Virus record (IMG/VR): IMGVR_UViG_3300042305_001483
DNA: 64,000 nucleotides
Reading direction: 5' to 3' (one strand)
Source: a virus
Under the pieces are notes generated by a model, which was given only the letters and a program-made list of their open reading frames with translations, was not told the DNA's origin and did not search any database. Below are positions 44,885 through 56,003 of this stretch, piece by piece (position 1 is the stretch's first letter; each line of letters opens with the position of its first letter). Both the position numbers and the translations under genes were made by a program.

Positions 44885-47800
44885 ATGTCAATTAGAGCAT
44901 CGCTATCAGAAGTTTTATCAATTGATTTAACGAATCCAACAGACAGTCAAACTGTTTTTATAGTAGGGCACGACGGTGTTGAGCAGACTCTTACTCCAGA
45001 AAGAGCAAGAACACTATTAAATACTGCCGGACCTGTTGGACCTCAAGGACCTCAAGGTATTACCGGACCTGTTGGACCTCAAGGTCCGCAGGGTGTACAA
45101 GGACCGCAGGGTGTACAAGGACCACAAGGTGTTCAGGGTCCGCAGGGTGTACAAGGACCACAAGGTGTTCAGGGTCCGCAGGGTGTACAAGGACCACAGG
45201 GTGTACAAGGTCCACAAGGTGTTCAGGGTCCGCAAGGTGTTCAGGGTCCACAAGGTGTACAAGGACCACAAGGTGTACAAGGACCACAAGGTGTACAAGG
45301 ACCTCAAGGTGTTACCGGCCCAAGCGGACCAACAGAAGTAACTGACGTACAAGGTGGAACTACTGGATCTATTCTAATTCAAAGTGCTTCCAGTCAAACA
45401 GCATTTATACCGTTAGGGCAAATAGGAAACATTTTACAGGTAATAGACGACAGCACCGCATCATGGGTAAGCACTTCGACCGTCCTAGTTGAAAGATCAA
45501 CAAAAGCAGAAACAATTTATGTAGATAATTTAGGTACATTAGAAATAACACCATTAAGATATATTACAATGTCTCTTGGTTCTGCAGATTATCAAGAATT
45601 AGGAGCCAGTTTAGGCCTATCTTATAACACTAACGAAAAAACATTAATTGTTGCTGCATTAACTGTTACAAATAATACAATATCTTCATCTCCACAAACC
45701 GGTGCTTTAAGAGTACAAGGTGGAGTTGGTATTGGTGGAGATCTGCATGTAGCAGGTGAAATTGTTTCACAAAAATTAACAATCGAATTAACCACGGTCA
45801 CTACTACGTTAATTGTAACAGATGATATTATCAAAACAAATAATACATCAAATTCTGTTTCAACAACAACAGGAGCATTAGTAGTTGCCGGAGGAGCAGG
45901 AATTGGCAGCGATTTAGTTGTCGGCGGAATTTTATACGCAGATAATATTTCTGGTAATATTACAACTGCAACAAATATAAAAGACGGTACTGTAAATCAA
46001 GTACCGTATCAAACAGGTCCGGGAACTACAGCATTTTTTGGCCCCGGTGAAGTCGGGCAAGTATTATTAAGCACAGGAACGAACACAGGTGGTCCCGTAT
46101 TTGTTGACCAAACTGAACTATATGTAGGTCGTTCTTTACTTGTAGATGATATTTTAGGTGGTGCAACAGGAAGTTTGCCATATCAAAGCACTTCAAACCA
46201 AACTGTGTTTTTAAGTTTAGGAAGCACAGGATCTGTACTAACTGCTGGTGCAGACGCTCCTGTATGGGTTCCACCTGATAACTTAACAATAGCGTTTGCA
46301 AATACTGCAACAAACCTAAAAGACGGAGCAGCAGGAAGTCTTCCATATCAAAGCGGCCCAGGTACAACTGTTTTCTTACCAATTGGTACCGAAGATCAAT
46401 TACTAAGTGTCAACAATTCTAATGCTCCAATTTGGGTTAATCGTTCTTCTATTACAGTATCAACTGCATCATTTGCAAACGATTTATTAGGTGGAGCATC
46501 TGGTTCTATTGTCTATCAAACTTCAGTTAATGATACTACATTTTTACCAATAGGAGCAGAAAAACAAATACTTACAGTTTCATCATCTGGTATTCCTCAA
46601 TGGATTAATAGAGAGGATGTTTCTGTTACCACTGCTACAAACATAGAAGATGGAACAATCAATCAAGTTCCTTATCAAATAAGCCCAGGAATTACAGGAT
46701 TTTTTGGACCGGGTCTTGTTGGACAGGTATTGTTAAGCACAGGAACCAATGCAGGGGGCCCTGTATTTGTTAATCAAACTGAACTATACGTAGGGCGTTC
46801 TTTACTTGCAGACGATATCGTAGGAGGCGCAACAGGAAGTATAGTTTATCAAAGCACAGCCAACAATACAGTATTTTTACCTATTGGAACAGAAACTCAA
46901 GTATTATCTGTAAATTCTCAAGGATTACCAGATTGGATCAATAGAGATAGTTTACAGGTTAATATTTCTGTTTATGCAGATAACTTATTAGGCGGATTGC
47001 CGGGATCTATTCCTTATCAAAGTGATATTGATACTACTACATTTTTAAATATAGGATCTACCGGAACAATATTAACTGTTAATTCATCAGGTTCACCGGT
47101 ATGGGTTAACAGAGATACTATATCTGTTTCCACTGCATCTTTTGCACAAGATTTATTAGGCGGTATTCAAGGAAGTATACCTTATCAAAACGCAGTTAAT
47201 GATACTGTGTTTTTAGGTATAGGATCGGAGGGTCAGGTACTAACAGTTAATTCTGCAGGGGTGCCTGTATGGGTTAACAGAGATTCATTATCAGTTACAA
47301 CTGCAACATTTGCACTTGATTTATTAGGTGGCGTAAAAGGTAGTATTCCATATCAAAATGCAGTAGACGATACTGTATTCTTAGCGATTGGAACCGAAGG
47401 GCAGGTTCTAACAGTTAATTCTGCAGGTGTTCCTGTATGGGTTAATAGAGGTACTATATCAGTTACTACTGCATCTTTTGCACAAGATTTATTAGGTGGT
47501 GCAACAGGAAGTATACCTTATCAAAATGCAGTAGATGACACTGTGTTCCTAGCAATCGGAACTGAAGATCAAATTTTAACAGTTAATGCCAGCGGATTAC
47601 CAGTATGGGTCAACAGAAGTACTGTAGCAGTTACTACTGCATCTTTTGCACAAGATTTACTAGGTGGCGTAAAAGGTAGTATTCCATATCAAAATGCAGT
47701 CAATGATACTGTGTTTTTAGGTATAGGATCACAAAATCAATTGTTATCTGTTAATGCCAGCGGATTACCAGTATGGATTAATAGAACAACATTATCTGTA

Positions 47801-50425
47801 ACAACAGCAACAAATATTGACGGCGGAACAATAAATCAAATACCGTATCAAATTGATTTTGGTCTCACTGGATTCTTTGGTCCTGGCGACACCGATCAAG
47901 TGTTAATTAGTAAAGGAACCGATCCCGGAGGACCAGCATTTGTAGATCAATCTACGTTAAGTGTAGGAAGTGCTAATATAGCCAACGAATTAAGTGGCGG
48001 TTCGGCAGGAAGTCTTCCATATCAGTCCGGTGCTAATAATACAACATTTTTATCTCTTGGATCTTTTGGATCTATACTAACTGCCGGTTCTACAGCACCA
48101 ACTTGGAGTGATCCGGGGGCGTTAACAATAGCAAATGCCAATACCGCAACAAACCTTGCAGGGGGCACAATTGGCAGTGTTCCATACCAAAGTAATCCTG
48201 GAACAACTACATTCTTAGGAATTGGTCTTCAATCACAAATTTTAACAGTAGGTGCTGGAAATTCATTAGAATGGGTAGATAGAGATACATTATCGGTTAC
48301 AACTGCAACATTTGCATTTGATTTGTTAGGCGGCGTAAAGGGAAGTATACCTTATCAAAATAATGCTAACGATACTATATTCTTAGGAATTGGCACACAA
48401 AATCAATTGTTATCTGTAAGCGCAGGAGGAGTACCTGTATGGGTTAACAGAGATACAGTATCTGTTACTACAGCATCTCTGGCTCAAGATTTAATAGGCG
48501 GATCAACTGGCGCTATTCCATATCAAAATACAGTTAATGACACGGTGTTTTTAAATATTGGTTCACCGACACAAATTTTGTCCGTTGGTTCGGGAAATAC
48601 ACCAGAATGGGTTGATAGTAGCAGTATGGCATCTTCTACTGCAACCAATCTTGCAGGTGGTGTAAAAGGAAGCATTCCATATCAAAGTAATCCAGGATTA
48701 ACTACATTCTTAGGAATTGGAGCACAAAATCAATTGTTATCTGTTAATGCTAGCGGGGTACCTGCATGGGTTAATAGAGATACATTGTCGGTTACAACTG
48801 CATCGTTTGCACAAGATGTACTAGGTGGAGCAAAGGGCAGTATTCTTTATCAAAATGCCGTAGATGATACTGTATTCCTAGCAATAGGAACAGAAAATCA
48901 AATTTTAACAGTTAATGCCAGTGGTGTTCCTGAATGGGTTAACAGAGACACATTGTCAGTAACATCTGCAGATAATTTAACAGGTGGCGCTGTTGGTTCT
49001 ATACCGTATCAAAATAGTGTAAATGATACTGTATTTTTGTCTATAGGATCAGAAAACCAAGTATTAACTGTAGGTAGTAACGGAAAGCCAACATGGTCTG
49101 GAAACGTTAATCAATCTAATACTTCTTTAACTTCAACAACTGCAACCAATCTTGCAGGAGGAGTAAAAGGCAGTATTCCATATCAAAGTAATCCAGGATT
49201 AACTACATTCTTAGGCATCGGCTTAGAAAATCAAATCTTGAAGGTCAGTGCAGAAGGTATTCCATTTTGGTCAGATACAGCAGGTGCTGCTGGTTCAGCA
49301 GCGGATGCAGATAAATTAGATGGTTTAAATTCTACACAATTCTTAAGAAGCGATGTAGGCGATACATGGGCTGCAACTGATGGTCCGTTAATTATAACAA
49401 CGCCTACAGGTGCTTTAGGAAATAATACAGGACAGGTTAACACACTTCAAGTTTATCAAGCGACTCTTAACACAGATGCATATATGACCTTCCATATTGG
49501 AAGTGATTATGCTGTACATTTTGGTCTAGATGGAACAACCAATGATTTATTCGTCGGTGGTTGGAGTGCAGGTGCTGTTAAAAATAAAATACTTCATTTA
49601 GGTAATACTTCATCAACAGATGTTACTTTTGATGTAGTAAGGGCTAAACAGTTTTACGATTCTGAAAATAGCAATTATTCATGGAATCCAAATACCAGCG
49701 ATGCTCATCGATTTAATACACCATCTGGATGGTTAGATTTAGGGCCAATGAATTCCAGTTATTGTCATTTCCAAACTGATAGAGATTTATTTTATTTTAA
49801 TAAAACAATAGATGTAGACGGAAGTGTTAGATTATATGATGACAATGCTAACAGATTTGATCTAGGAACATTAGTGTTGAGAGGTGCAAGTCCAACAGTA
49901 TACCTACGAGACACAAATAATAACTCAGCAATGTTACATTGCACTAGTGATTTATTTTATATTTTAAGAGGTGGCAATGACACAGAAACCTGGAGTCAAG
50001 TAAACAGTCAATGGCCTGCTTATTGGAACTTAACTAATAATCATATGTTTGCCGGTGGCGACATTAATGCCGTAGGCGAAGTTACAGCATATTATTCAGA
50101 TAGAAGATTAAAAACAAATGTTAAACCTTTAGAAAATGCATTAGAAAAAGTAGAAAAACTAAACGGTATAACATACAACCCAAATGACTTGGCTGAAAGT
50201 TTTGGATATGATAAATCAACTAACTTAGTTGGATTATTTGCTGATGAGGTAGAATCAGTTTTACCCGAAGCAGTAAAAAATGCACCTTTTGATAGAGATG
50301 AAAACGGAAATAGTAAATCTGGAGAAAATTACAAAACTGTTCAATATGAAAGATTAATTCCGTTATTAATCGAAGCAATTAAAGAACTATCAGAAGAAGT
50401 AAAGCAATTAAAATCAAAACAATAA
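44885..50425 (+). CDS. long tail fibre protein: collagen segment, ~20 tandem ~55-60-aa repeats, C-terminal peptidase S74 chaperone
   Basis: (GXY)34; GGxxGSIPYQ repeats; [11 protein letters not shown]...LIEAIKEL. Confidence 0.85.
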   Translation: MSIRASLSEVLSIDLTNPTDSQTVFIVGHDGVEQTLTPERARTLLNTAGPVGPQGPQGITGPVGPQGPQGVQGPQGVQGPQGVQGPQGVQGPQGVQGPQGVQGPQGVQGPQGVQGPQGVQGPQGVQGPQGVQGPQGVQGPQGVTGPSGPTEVTDVQGGTTGSILIQSASSQTAFIPLGQIGNILQVIDDSTASWVSTSTVLVERSTKAETIYVDNLGTLEITPLRYITMSLGSADYQELGASLGLSYNTNEKTLIVAALTVTNNTISSSPQTGALRVQGGVGIGGDLHVAGEIVSQKLTIELTTVTTTLIVTDDIIKTNNTSNSVSTTTGALVVAGGAGIGSDLVVGGILYADNISGNITTATNIKDGTVNQVPYQTGPGTTAFFGPGEVGQVLLSTGTNTGGPVFVDQTELYVGRSLLVDDILGGATGSLPYQSTSNQTVFLSLGSTGSVLTAGADAPVWVPPDNLTIAFANTATNLKDGAAGSLPYQSGPGTTVFLPIGTEDQLLSVNNSNAPIWVNRSSITVSTASFANDLLGGASGSIVYQTSVNDTTFLPIGAEKQILTVSSSGIPQWINREDVSVTTATNIEDGTINQVPYQISPGITGFFGPGLVGQVLLSTGTNAGGPVFVNQTELYVGRSLLADDIVGGATGSIVYQSTANNTVFLPIGTETQVLSVNSQGLPDWINRDSLQVNISVYADNLLGGLPGSIPYQSDIDTTTFLNIGSTGTILTVNSSGSPVWVNRDTISVSTASFAQDLLGGIQGSIPYQNAVNDTVFLGIGSEGQVLTVNSAGVPVWVNRDSLSVTTATFALDLLGGVKGSIPYQNAVDDTVFLAIGTEGQVLTVNSAGVPVWVNRGTISVTTASFAQDLLGGATGSIPYQNAVDDTVFLAIGTEDQILTVNASGLPVWVNRSTVAVTTASFAQDLLGGVKGSIPYQNAVNDTVFLGIGSQNQLLSVNASGLPVWINRTTLSVTTATNIDGGTINQIPYQIDFGLTGFFGPGDTDQVLISKGTDPGGPAFVDQSTLSVGSANIANELSGGSAGSLPYQSGANNTTFLSLGSFGSILTAGSTAPTWSDPGALTIANANTATNLAGGTIGSVPYQSNPGTTTFLGIGLQSQILTVGAGNSLEWVDRDTLSVTTATFAFDLLGGVKGSIPYQNNANDTIFLGIGTQNQLLSVSAGGVPVWVNRDTVSVTTASLAQDLIGGSTGAIPYQNTVNDTVFLNIGSPTQILSVGSGNTPEWVDSSSMASSTATNLAGGVKGSIPYQSNPGLTTFLGIGAQNQLLSVNASGVPAWVNRDTLSVTTASFAQDVLGGAKGSILYQNAVDDTVFLAIGTENQILTVNASGVPEWVNRDTLSVTSADNLTGGAVGSIPYQNSVNDTVFLSIGSENQVLTVGSNGKPTWSGNVNQSNTSLTSTTATNLAGGVKGSIPYQSNPGLTTFLGIGLENQILKVSAEGIPFWSDTAGAAGSAADADKLDGLNSTQFLRSDVGDTWAATDGPLIITTPTGALGNNTGQVNTLQVYQATLNTDAYMTFHIGSDYAVHFGLDGTTNDLFVGGWSAGAVKNKILHLGNTSSTDVTFDVVRAKQFYDSENSNYSWNPNTSDAHRFNTPSGWLDLGPMNSSYCHFQTDRDLFYFNKTIDVDGSVRLYDDNANRFDLGTLVLRGASPTVYLRDTNNNSAMLHCTSDLFYILRGGNDTETWSQVNSQWPAYWNLTNNHMFAGGDINAVGEVTAYYSDRRLKTNVKPLENALEKVEKLNGITYNPNDLAESFGYDKSTNLVGLFADEVESVLPEAVKNAPFDRDENGNSKSGENYKTVQYERLIPLLIEAIKELSEEVKQLKSKQ
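45029..45334 (+). repeat. collagen-like tandem repeat, including 12 x 18-bp GPQGVQ units (45083-45298)
   Basis: 34 Gly-X-Y triplets counted. Confidence 0.95.
45960..49270 (+). repeat. about 20 degenerate tandem coding repeats of ~160-180 bp
   Basis: recurrent A.DLLGG..GSIPYQ....TVFL.IG...Q.L.V...G.P.W. Confidence 0.85.
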
Positions 50426-50426
50426 C

Positions 50427-50681
50427 ATGACAAGTACGGTAACTAATTTTAGCAATTTAATAAATGAAAATTTTCCAGTAAAAGGAAAACTCAATGACTT
50501 AAAAGGATTTAGAAACAACTTTGATAAAATCAAAACTTCTATTGAAATAGTCGACGGCGAAATAAACAATATTAAATCTAGTGGAGTGTATTTGAACAAC
50601 ACAAACGATTTCAATTATTTCGGAACTATAACTAACGCCGTGATTGATAATTGTGAAATTTTTCTAAAAAGTTATCCTTAA
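50427..50681 (+). CDS. small putative structural protein
   Basis: INENFPVKG..NDLKGFRNNF; paralog of next ORF. Confidence 0.6.
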   Translation: MTSTVTNFSNLINENFPVKGKLNDLKGFRNNFDKIKTSIEIVDGEINNIKSSGVYLNNTNDFNYFGTITNAVIDNCEIFLKSYP

Positions 50682-50693
50682 ATCGGAGTACAC

Positions 50694-51077
50694 ATGGCAA
50701 GTACAATAACAGATTATACAGAATTAATAGATATAAATTTTCCAACCCCCGGTGAAGATAATGATAGTCAAGGTTTTAGAACCAATTTTTCTATGATTAA
50801 GTCTGCATTAGATGTTGCAGGTGATGAGATTAGTACCTTGCAATCTAACCTAATTAGTTTATCATCAACAAATAACTTTGGTGGTAATATAATTAAAAAA
50901 GCAGCACTTGAAAATTGTTCTATAATATTAAAAAATTATACCCTGGCTGAATTAAGTGCGTTAGTAGACGAAGGTACCGCAATTAATGGTACATTAGTTT
51001 TTGTAACAGACACTTATAATTGCCCAGCGTATTATTATAATGGAAATTGGTATGCTATTTCGGGAACCTTGATCTAA
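50694..51077 (+). CDS. small putative structural protein
   Basis: IDINFPTPGEDNDSQGFRTNF. Confidence 0.65.
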   Translation: MASTITDYTELIDINFPTPGEDNDSQGFRTNFSMIKSALDVAGDEISTLQSNLISLSSTNNFGGNIIKKAALENCSIILKNYTLAELSALVDEGTAINGTLVFVTDTYNCPAYYYNGNWYAISGTLI

Positions 51078-51078
51078 A

Positions 51079-51321
51079 ATGTTTAATCCTCTTTTACCAG
51101 ATTTAAGTAAATTAAAAAACGAAGATATTGACAATAGAATAACAGAGTTAATGAAAAAATTTCTTGTGGCTTCGAGGTCTGGACAAGGCGGAGTATGTAA
51201 CCAAATTTCTATAATACTAGAAGCATATAGAGAGGAACAGTCTAAGCGCCATCAAGCAGCGTTGGAAAAATTGGAATCAAAAGGCAAAAATTTTGATGAT
51301 TTTATCAACGTTGATCATTGA
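51079..51321 (+). CDS. hypothetical protein
   Basis: packed ORF. Confidence 0.65.
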   Translation: MFNPLLPDLSKLKNEDIDNRITELMKKFLVASRSGQGGVCNQISIILEAYREEQSKRHQAALEKLESKGKNFDDFINVDH

Positions 51322-51352
51322 TTTTATTCAAGATATATGTTATCGTTAGTAA

Positions 51353-51868
51353 ATGAACATTGATAAATTTGGAAGAATTTTATTATCTCAAGATGAATTT
51401 TTTAGTCACTTGTATTCGGGTCAAATTAAAAATTATCAAAATATTTTTTTAAATGACGCAGAAACAGATAAATTTAATTCTTCACTAGATAAAAATAAAG
51501 ATAACTTTTCAAAATTAAAAAAGTATGTAGATCTAGATATTTCTACAGAAGAGTTCGATAAAAATAACCAAATTAATTGGTTTATGCCAAAAAATTATTG
51601 CCCAGAATTAATCGAACAATTATATTTACAATGCAATAGTGTTGAAGAAACTAACCGGGTAACAACTGAATTAGAACTTTTTGCTCAATATAATATGATA
51701 GATTTGTTGTATTATCTTAAATATTTAATAGATACAATGCGTAAACATAATATTGTTTGGGGTGTAGGAAGAGGATCAAGTGTTGCTAGTTTTGTTCTTT
51801 ACTTGATTGGGGTACATAAAATAAACAGTATTAAATACGAACTAGACATACATGAATTCCTAAAATAA
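51353..51868 (+). CDS. stand-alone fragment of DNA polymerase III alpha (DnaE-like)
   Basis: RVTTELELF...WGVGRGSSVASFVLYLIGVHKINSIKYEL..EFL. Confidence 0.75.
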   Translation: MNIDKFGRILLSQDEFFSHLYSGQIKNYQNIFLNDAETDKFNSSLDKNKDNFSKLKKYVDLDISTEEFDKNNQINWFMPKNYCPELIEQLYLQCNSVEETNRVTTELELFAQYNMIDLLYYLKYLIDTMRKHNIVWGVGRGSSVASFVLYLIGVHKINSIKYELDIHEFLK

Positions 51869-51878
51869 GGAGAATAAA

Positions 51879-52187
51879 ATGGGACGAATATATAGAACTA
51901 TGCAAGGCAAAGAAGTTGACATGGATAAATTAATGCGTCAGCACGAACTTATGCCAGCAATCGGAAATGTAAAAGTTAATGCTAGAGGTGATGAACTAGG
52001 ATCTGGTGGAAAAATTATTCGTAAACGAGAAGAAGTAATGGCAGAATATTACGAAAACAATCCAAAAGTAAAAAAAGAAGGTTCTAGAATTGTTGAAACG
52101 AAACCTCAACAAAATAATGTTCAACCTCAAACTACAGTAAATCCTCCAAAAAAAGTAAAAAATAACGAGAACGAAAATGAAAATTAA
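51879..52187 (+). CDS. hypothetical phage protein
   Basis: AGGAG SD. Confidence 0.7.
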   Translation: MGRIYRTMQGKEVDMDKLMRQHELMPAIGNVKVNARGDELGSGGKIIRKREEVMAEYYENNPKVKKEGSRIVETKPQQNNVQPQTTVNPPKKVKNNENENEN

Positions 52188-52512
52188 AGGTAAAATTTTA
52201 CCAATTAGAGATCATGTCTTAGTATCAGATATGAACTTTGGGGTACAACAAACTAAATCCGGAATTATTATTAATTCAGATGATGGAAAAACTTCCGGAA
52301 TCAAACCTCGTTGGGGTCGAGTTTGGGCAGTAGGACCTGAACAAAAAGATATCAAAGTTGGTGAATGGGTCTGTGTTGAACACGGTAGATGGACCAGAAC
52401 TATTGAACTTGAACAAGACGACGGCAGTATCTTAGAACTTAGGAGAGTCGAAACAAATGCTATTATGCTCACTGCCGACGAAAACCCCAGTGATGTCGAT
52501 GTTAGAGTTTGA
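52177..52512 (+). CDS. groES: GroES-like co-chaperonin (gp31-like)
   Basis: PIRDHVLV, TKSGII, GRVWAVGP, IKVGE. Confidence 0.8.
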   Translation: MKIKGKILPIRDHVLVSDMNFGVQQTKSGIIINSDDGKTSGIKPRWGRVWAVGPEQKDIKVGEWVCVEHGRWTRTIELEQDDGSILELRRVETNAIMLTADENPSDVDVRV

Positions 52513-52528
52513 GAACTTGTGTAACGGC

Positions 52529-52560
52529 AAAATAGGACCTTGACAGGTCCTATTTTTTTT
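52529..52560 (+). terminator. rho-independent terminator after groES
   Basis: AAAATAGGACCT-TGAC-AGGTCCTATTTT plus T tract. Confidence 0.8.
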
Positions 52561-52568
52561 ATTATAAT
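52540..52568 (+). promoter_or_regulatory. consensus sigma70 promoter overlapping the terminator
   Basis: TTGACA(52540-45)-17-TATAAT(52563-68). Confidence 0.8.
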
Positions 52569-52574
52569 AAAAAT

Positions 52575-52814
52575 ATGACCTATATTAAAAATTGGAGCGT
52601 GGAAGATATTTCTAGGCAAATTAATAATGCCTATCGAATTTGTGCATCGCCTCGACAAGATGGGTTTACTGCATGGGGTGTAAAACAAGATCTTTATCAA
52701 TTAAAATGGCTTTTAGACGAAGCAATTAAAAAATGCCCCACTTTTTCTCCAGAAGACGAATGGCTGAGAGAACAAGAAAAAAAGAAAGTAATTAAGATCT
52801 TAAAAGAAGAATAA
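52575..52814 (+). CDS. hypothetical protein
   Basis: ATG 6 nt after the -10 box (possibly leaderless). Confidence 0.65.
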   Translation: MTYIKNWSVEDISRQINNAYRICASPRQDGFTAWGVKQDLYQLKWLLDEAIKKCPTFSPEDEWLREQEKKKVIKILKEE

Positions 52815-52815
52815 T

Positions 52816-53292
52816 ATGATTTTTAATAAAATTAAAGAACTTCAAGAAAAGAAAGTTGGTATTACTTTTAGTACCTTTGACCTTTTACATGCAGGGCATA
52901 TTGCTATGCTTAGTGAAGCAAAAAGACACTGTGATTATCTAATTGCAGCACTTCAAACAGATCCCACCATTGACAGACCTAATACTAAAAATAATCCTGT
53001 ACAAAGCATTGTAGAGCGGCAAATTCAACTTCAAGCAGTTAGGTATGTTGACGAAATCGTAGTATACCAAACAGAAAAAGATCTTGAAGATATACTGTTG
53101 ACTTTACCAATCAATGTTAGAATTTTAGGTGTTGAATATCAAGGAAAAGATTTTACTGGTAAAGATATTTGTATTAAAAGAGGAATTGAATTGGTATATA
53201 ACGGTAGGGATCATAGTTTTAGCTCTAGTAATCTTCGTAAACGAGTTAAAGAAGCAGAAACATTAAAAACTAATTTATCGGAGAAATGGTAA
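52816..53292 (+). CDS. cytidylyltransferase (TagD/RfaE-like)
   Basis: TFDLLHAGH (HxGH), YVDEIV, SFSSS. Confidence 0.85.
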   Translation: MIFNKIKELQEKKVGITFSTFDLLHAGHIAMLSEAKRHCDYLIAALQTDPTIDRPNTKNNPVQSIVERQIQLQAVRYVDEIVVYQTEKDLEDILLTLPINVRILGVEYQGKDFTGKDICIKRGIELVYNGRDHSFSSSNLRKRVKEAETLKTNLSEKW

Positions 53293-53293
53293 A

Positions 53294-53635
53294 ATGCACT
53301 ACGGGGCTCAAGCAAAACTATCATCAATAAACAATGTAAGAAGGGTTAATACACACATGAAAAAACATAGAATGCGTCGTTGGATACGAAATTGGTTAAT
53401 GAACTTTGACAGTCAACCTGAAAGAGAATCTGTGTTGTCTGTAGAACCAGCAGGTCTTCAATCCGAAGGAATGAAGTTTCAATTATATAGAGCCGCGGGT
53501 GGGTATGTTATTGAAACTACAACTTATGATCGGCATAAAGATCGTCGAAATACTAAAATGCATATTGTAACTGATGATCAAGATTTAGGTGATCAACTAG
53601 GTAAAATTGTTACAATGGAGGCTTTACGTGCCTAA
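53294..53635 (+). CDS. hypothetical protein
   Basis: packed ORF. Confidence 0.65.
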   Translation: MHYGAQAKLSSINNVRRVNTHMKKHRMRRWIRNWLMNFDSQPERESVLSVEPAGLQSEGMKFQLYRAAGGYVIETTTYDRHKDRRNTKMHIVTDDQDLGDQLGKIVTMEALRA

Positions 53636-53789
53636 TTGTCGTATATGCAGACAGCCAATTAGTCCTTCCTGTGATTATAATCAAGGTCGGTGCCCACATA
53701 GGCCTCCCACAATTGACATACATCATTTGAGATTTTATAATCTTGTTAAAACAATTAAAGGATGGTTTAAAAATGAACGTTCAACCTAA
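53628..53789 (+). CDS. small Cys-rich hypothetical protein
   Basis: GTG start with GGAGG SD; CRIC...C...CPH. Confidence 0.55.
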   Translation: MPNCRICRQPISPSCDYNQGRCPHRPPTIDIHHLRFYNLVKTIKGWFKNERST

Positions 53790-53964
53790 AGATACAAGCA
53801 AGGGACACTTTTATGTTAGCCTTGTTAAAAGCGGTCTAAGAATTGTTGCTTCTGGATCTATTGTTGCTGCTGGATATATTATTCCTCACGGTGAATGGTT
53901 AATTGCCGGGGGAGTATTATTATTTTTAGCAGAAATTTTAGGTATTGCTGAGGAACTAGTATGA
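53773..53964 (+). CDS. small 2-TM membrane protein
   Basis: hydrophobic; ends GIAEELV. Confidence 0.6.
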   Translation: MNVQPKDTSKGHFYVSLVKSGLRIVASGSIVAAGYIIPHGEWLIAGGVLLFLAEILGIAEELV

Positions 53965-54887
53965 AAGAACTTTGGACTGAAAAATATCGCCCAAAAAACG
54001 TAAAAGATTATGTCTTTCGAGATAATGCTCAAAAAAAGCAAGTAGAAAGTTGGATTAAGCAAGGTAGTATCCCCCACTTGCTACTTAGTGGAGGACCGGG
54101 TATCGGAAAAACTACACTGGCCAAAGTTTTGCTAAATGAATTAGGAATTCAATCCTTTGACATTTTAGAAATGAACGCCAGTAGAGAACGAGGCATCGAC
54201 GAAGTTAAAAATAGAATTACAAATTTTATTCAAATGATTCCGTTTGGCCCATTTAAAGTAGTATTATTAGATGAGGCAGATTATCTAACACCAGAAGCAC
54301 AGGCTGCAATGCGAGGTGTTATGGAAGAATACTCAGCCACTAGTAGATTTATTTTAACCTGCAATCACCCTAATAGGATTATACCAGCAATCCATAGTCG
54401 GTGCCAAGGTTTCCATATGGAAAAAATAGATCAAACAGAATTCACAGCCAGATTAGCCACAATTCTAATTTCAGAGAACGTTGATTTTGATTTAGATATC
54501 CTTGATACATATGTTAAATTGGCTTACCCTGACTTAAGAAAATGCATCAATTTAGTCCAACAAAACATTATTGATAACAAACTTATAGAACCAAATAGCG
54601 GAAACGAAATGATTGGTGATTATAAGATTGAAATGGTCGAACTATTTAAAAAGAAAAAAATACAAGAAGCAAGAAAATTACTGTGCAGCAGAGCAAGACC
54701 AGAAGAAATTCCCGGAATTTATACCTGGATGTATGACAATATAGATTTATTCGGCGATACTGAAGAAACTAAAGATCAAGCATTATTAATTATTAAACAA
54801 GGACTTGTTGATCACACCTTAATTTTAGATCCGGAGATTAATTTAGCAGCAGTGTTAATTAAACTTGGAAGAAATTTGAAATCTTGA
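53961..54887 (+). CDS. sliding-clamp loader AAA+ subunit (T4 gp44/RFC-like)
   Basis: LWTEKYRP, GGPGIGKTT, NASRERG, LLDEAD, SRC. Confidence 0.92.
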   Translation: MKELWTEKYRPKNVKDYVFRDNAQKKQVESWIKQGSIPHLLLSGGPGIGKTTLAKVLLNELGIQSFDILEMNASRERGIDEVKNRITNFIQMIPFGPFKVVLLDEADYLTPEAQAAMRGVMEEYSATSRFILTCNHPNRIIPAIHSRCQGFHMEKIDQTEFTARLATILISENVDFDLDILDTYVKLAYPDLRKCINLVQQNIIDNKLIEPNSGNEMIGDYKIEMVELFKKKKIQEARKLLCSRARPEEIPGIYTWMYDNIDLFGDTEETKDQALLIIKQGLVDHTLILDPEINLAAVLIKLGRNLKS

Positions 54888-54900
54888 AAATAAATAATGG

Positions 54901-55962
54901 ATGCTTATAAGAGAACTTATTTTTGAAGGTGGGTGGACCACTGGCGATAATCCTGGAATTAAAGCCAAGTTAGTTAAAGTAGGAATTCAATCTGTTAAAA
55001 ACTTTTTAAAAGATTTTAATCCTTGGTTAAAGTCTCAAGGATTAGGTCCTGCAGAAGTAGGCCATCCCACAGGTTCTGCTGCATATCACGAACTTGATGA
55101 TCCAGAAAACACCATATACGGTGATATGGATCTTCAACTTATTATTCCTGATATGCCCGAGTATGATTCAATGACCAGCGGTCAACTCCAGGGTAAATGG
55201 GGGTCGTTAATTGATTCTTTTATAAAAAACTCAAATTTATCATACATTGATAAAAATGAAAGTAAAGGTAGTCAACCAATGTTTATACTACCTGGAGGTG
55301 ATAAATTACAAGTCGATCTCATGCCTCACCCTGCTAAAACTTCAGAGTGGGGTAGATTTCGAGCCACCGGCGAACATGGACTTAAAGGCCTATTAAATGG
55401 AAACATGTTTGCCACAATGAGTGAATTATACCCTGTTAATCTGCAACACAAAGGAATTCAATATAAAACTATTAATGGTAAAAAAGTTAACTACGGTAAA
55501 ACACTTAAAGGTTATCAATTACATACCGTAGGTACTGATATTAAACGTTGGATACTAGACATATTTTTACACGAAGCAGAAGAACAAGGAATAGAAAATC
55601 CAAAAATTGATCCATTGCTAAAAAATAACCCGGGCGTCGATACACAAAATGTTAATGTTTTAAGATTAGTCAACGGTATAAAAGGATTCGCAAAAAGTTG
55701 CGAACTCAATAACATGTTTGGTCAAGGTAACTTAGAAAGATTTAATTCAGCAGATGATTTTCTAAGTCAATTTTTAAATCATTACGTTGAGAAGAGTCAA
55801 CACGCTATAACTGCACCAAAAAGAGACAAAGCCAGTACTCCAGCAAGTCAGGCAAGAGCAGTTAAAGATAGAGAAGCACTATCTCGAGGGTTAGAATACG
55901 TTAAAAGTTTATTTACTGGTTCAGAAAACAATCAACCTCGATATCGAGACTGGAAGAAATAG
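54901..55962 (+). CDS. putative Pol-beta-superfamily nucleotidyltransferase
   Basis: TGSA...YGDMDL...LQVDLM catalytic signature. Confidence 0.55.
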   Translation: MLIRELIFEGGWTTGDNPGIKAKLVKVGIQSVKNFLKDFNPWLKSQGLGPAEVGHPTGSAAYHELDDPENTIYGDMDLQLIIPDMPEYDSMTSGQLQGKWGSLIDSFIKNSNLSYIDKNESKGSQPMFILPGGDKLQVDLMPHPAKTSEWGRFRATGEHGLKGLLNGNMFATMSELYPVNLQHKGIQYKTINGKKVNYGKTLKGYQLHTVGTDIKRWILDIFLHEAEEQGIENPKIDPLLKNNPGVDTQNVNVLRLVNGIKGFAKSCELNNMFGQGNLERFNSADDFLSQFLNHYVEKSQHAITAPKRDKASTPASQARAVKDREALSRGLEYVKSLFTGSENNQPRYRDWKK

Positions 55963-55998
55963 GTCAAATAGCCTAGGCAGGTTGTGCTATTTGACCTA
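55960..55998. terminator. hairpin between convergent genes
   Basis: 13-bp perfect inverted repeat TAGGTCAAATAGC/GCTATTTGACCTA. Confidence 0.65.
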
Positions 55999-56003
55999 AT
56001 AAT

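Noticed and set aside
45029-45334. CRISPR array or non-coding tandem repeat
   Set aside because: No spacers; the 18-bp units are in-frame collagen codons with synonymous variation, and the overlapping ORFs at 45017, 45036 and 45060 are shadows
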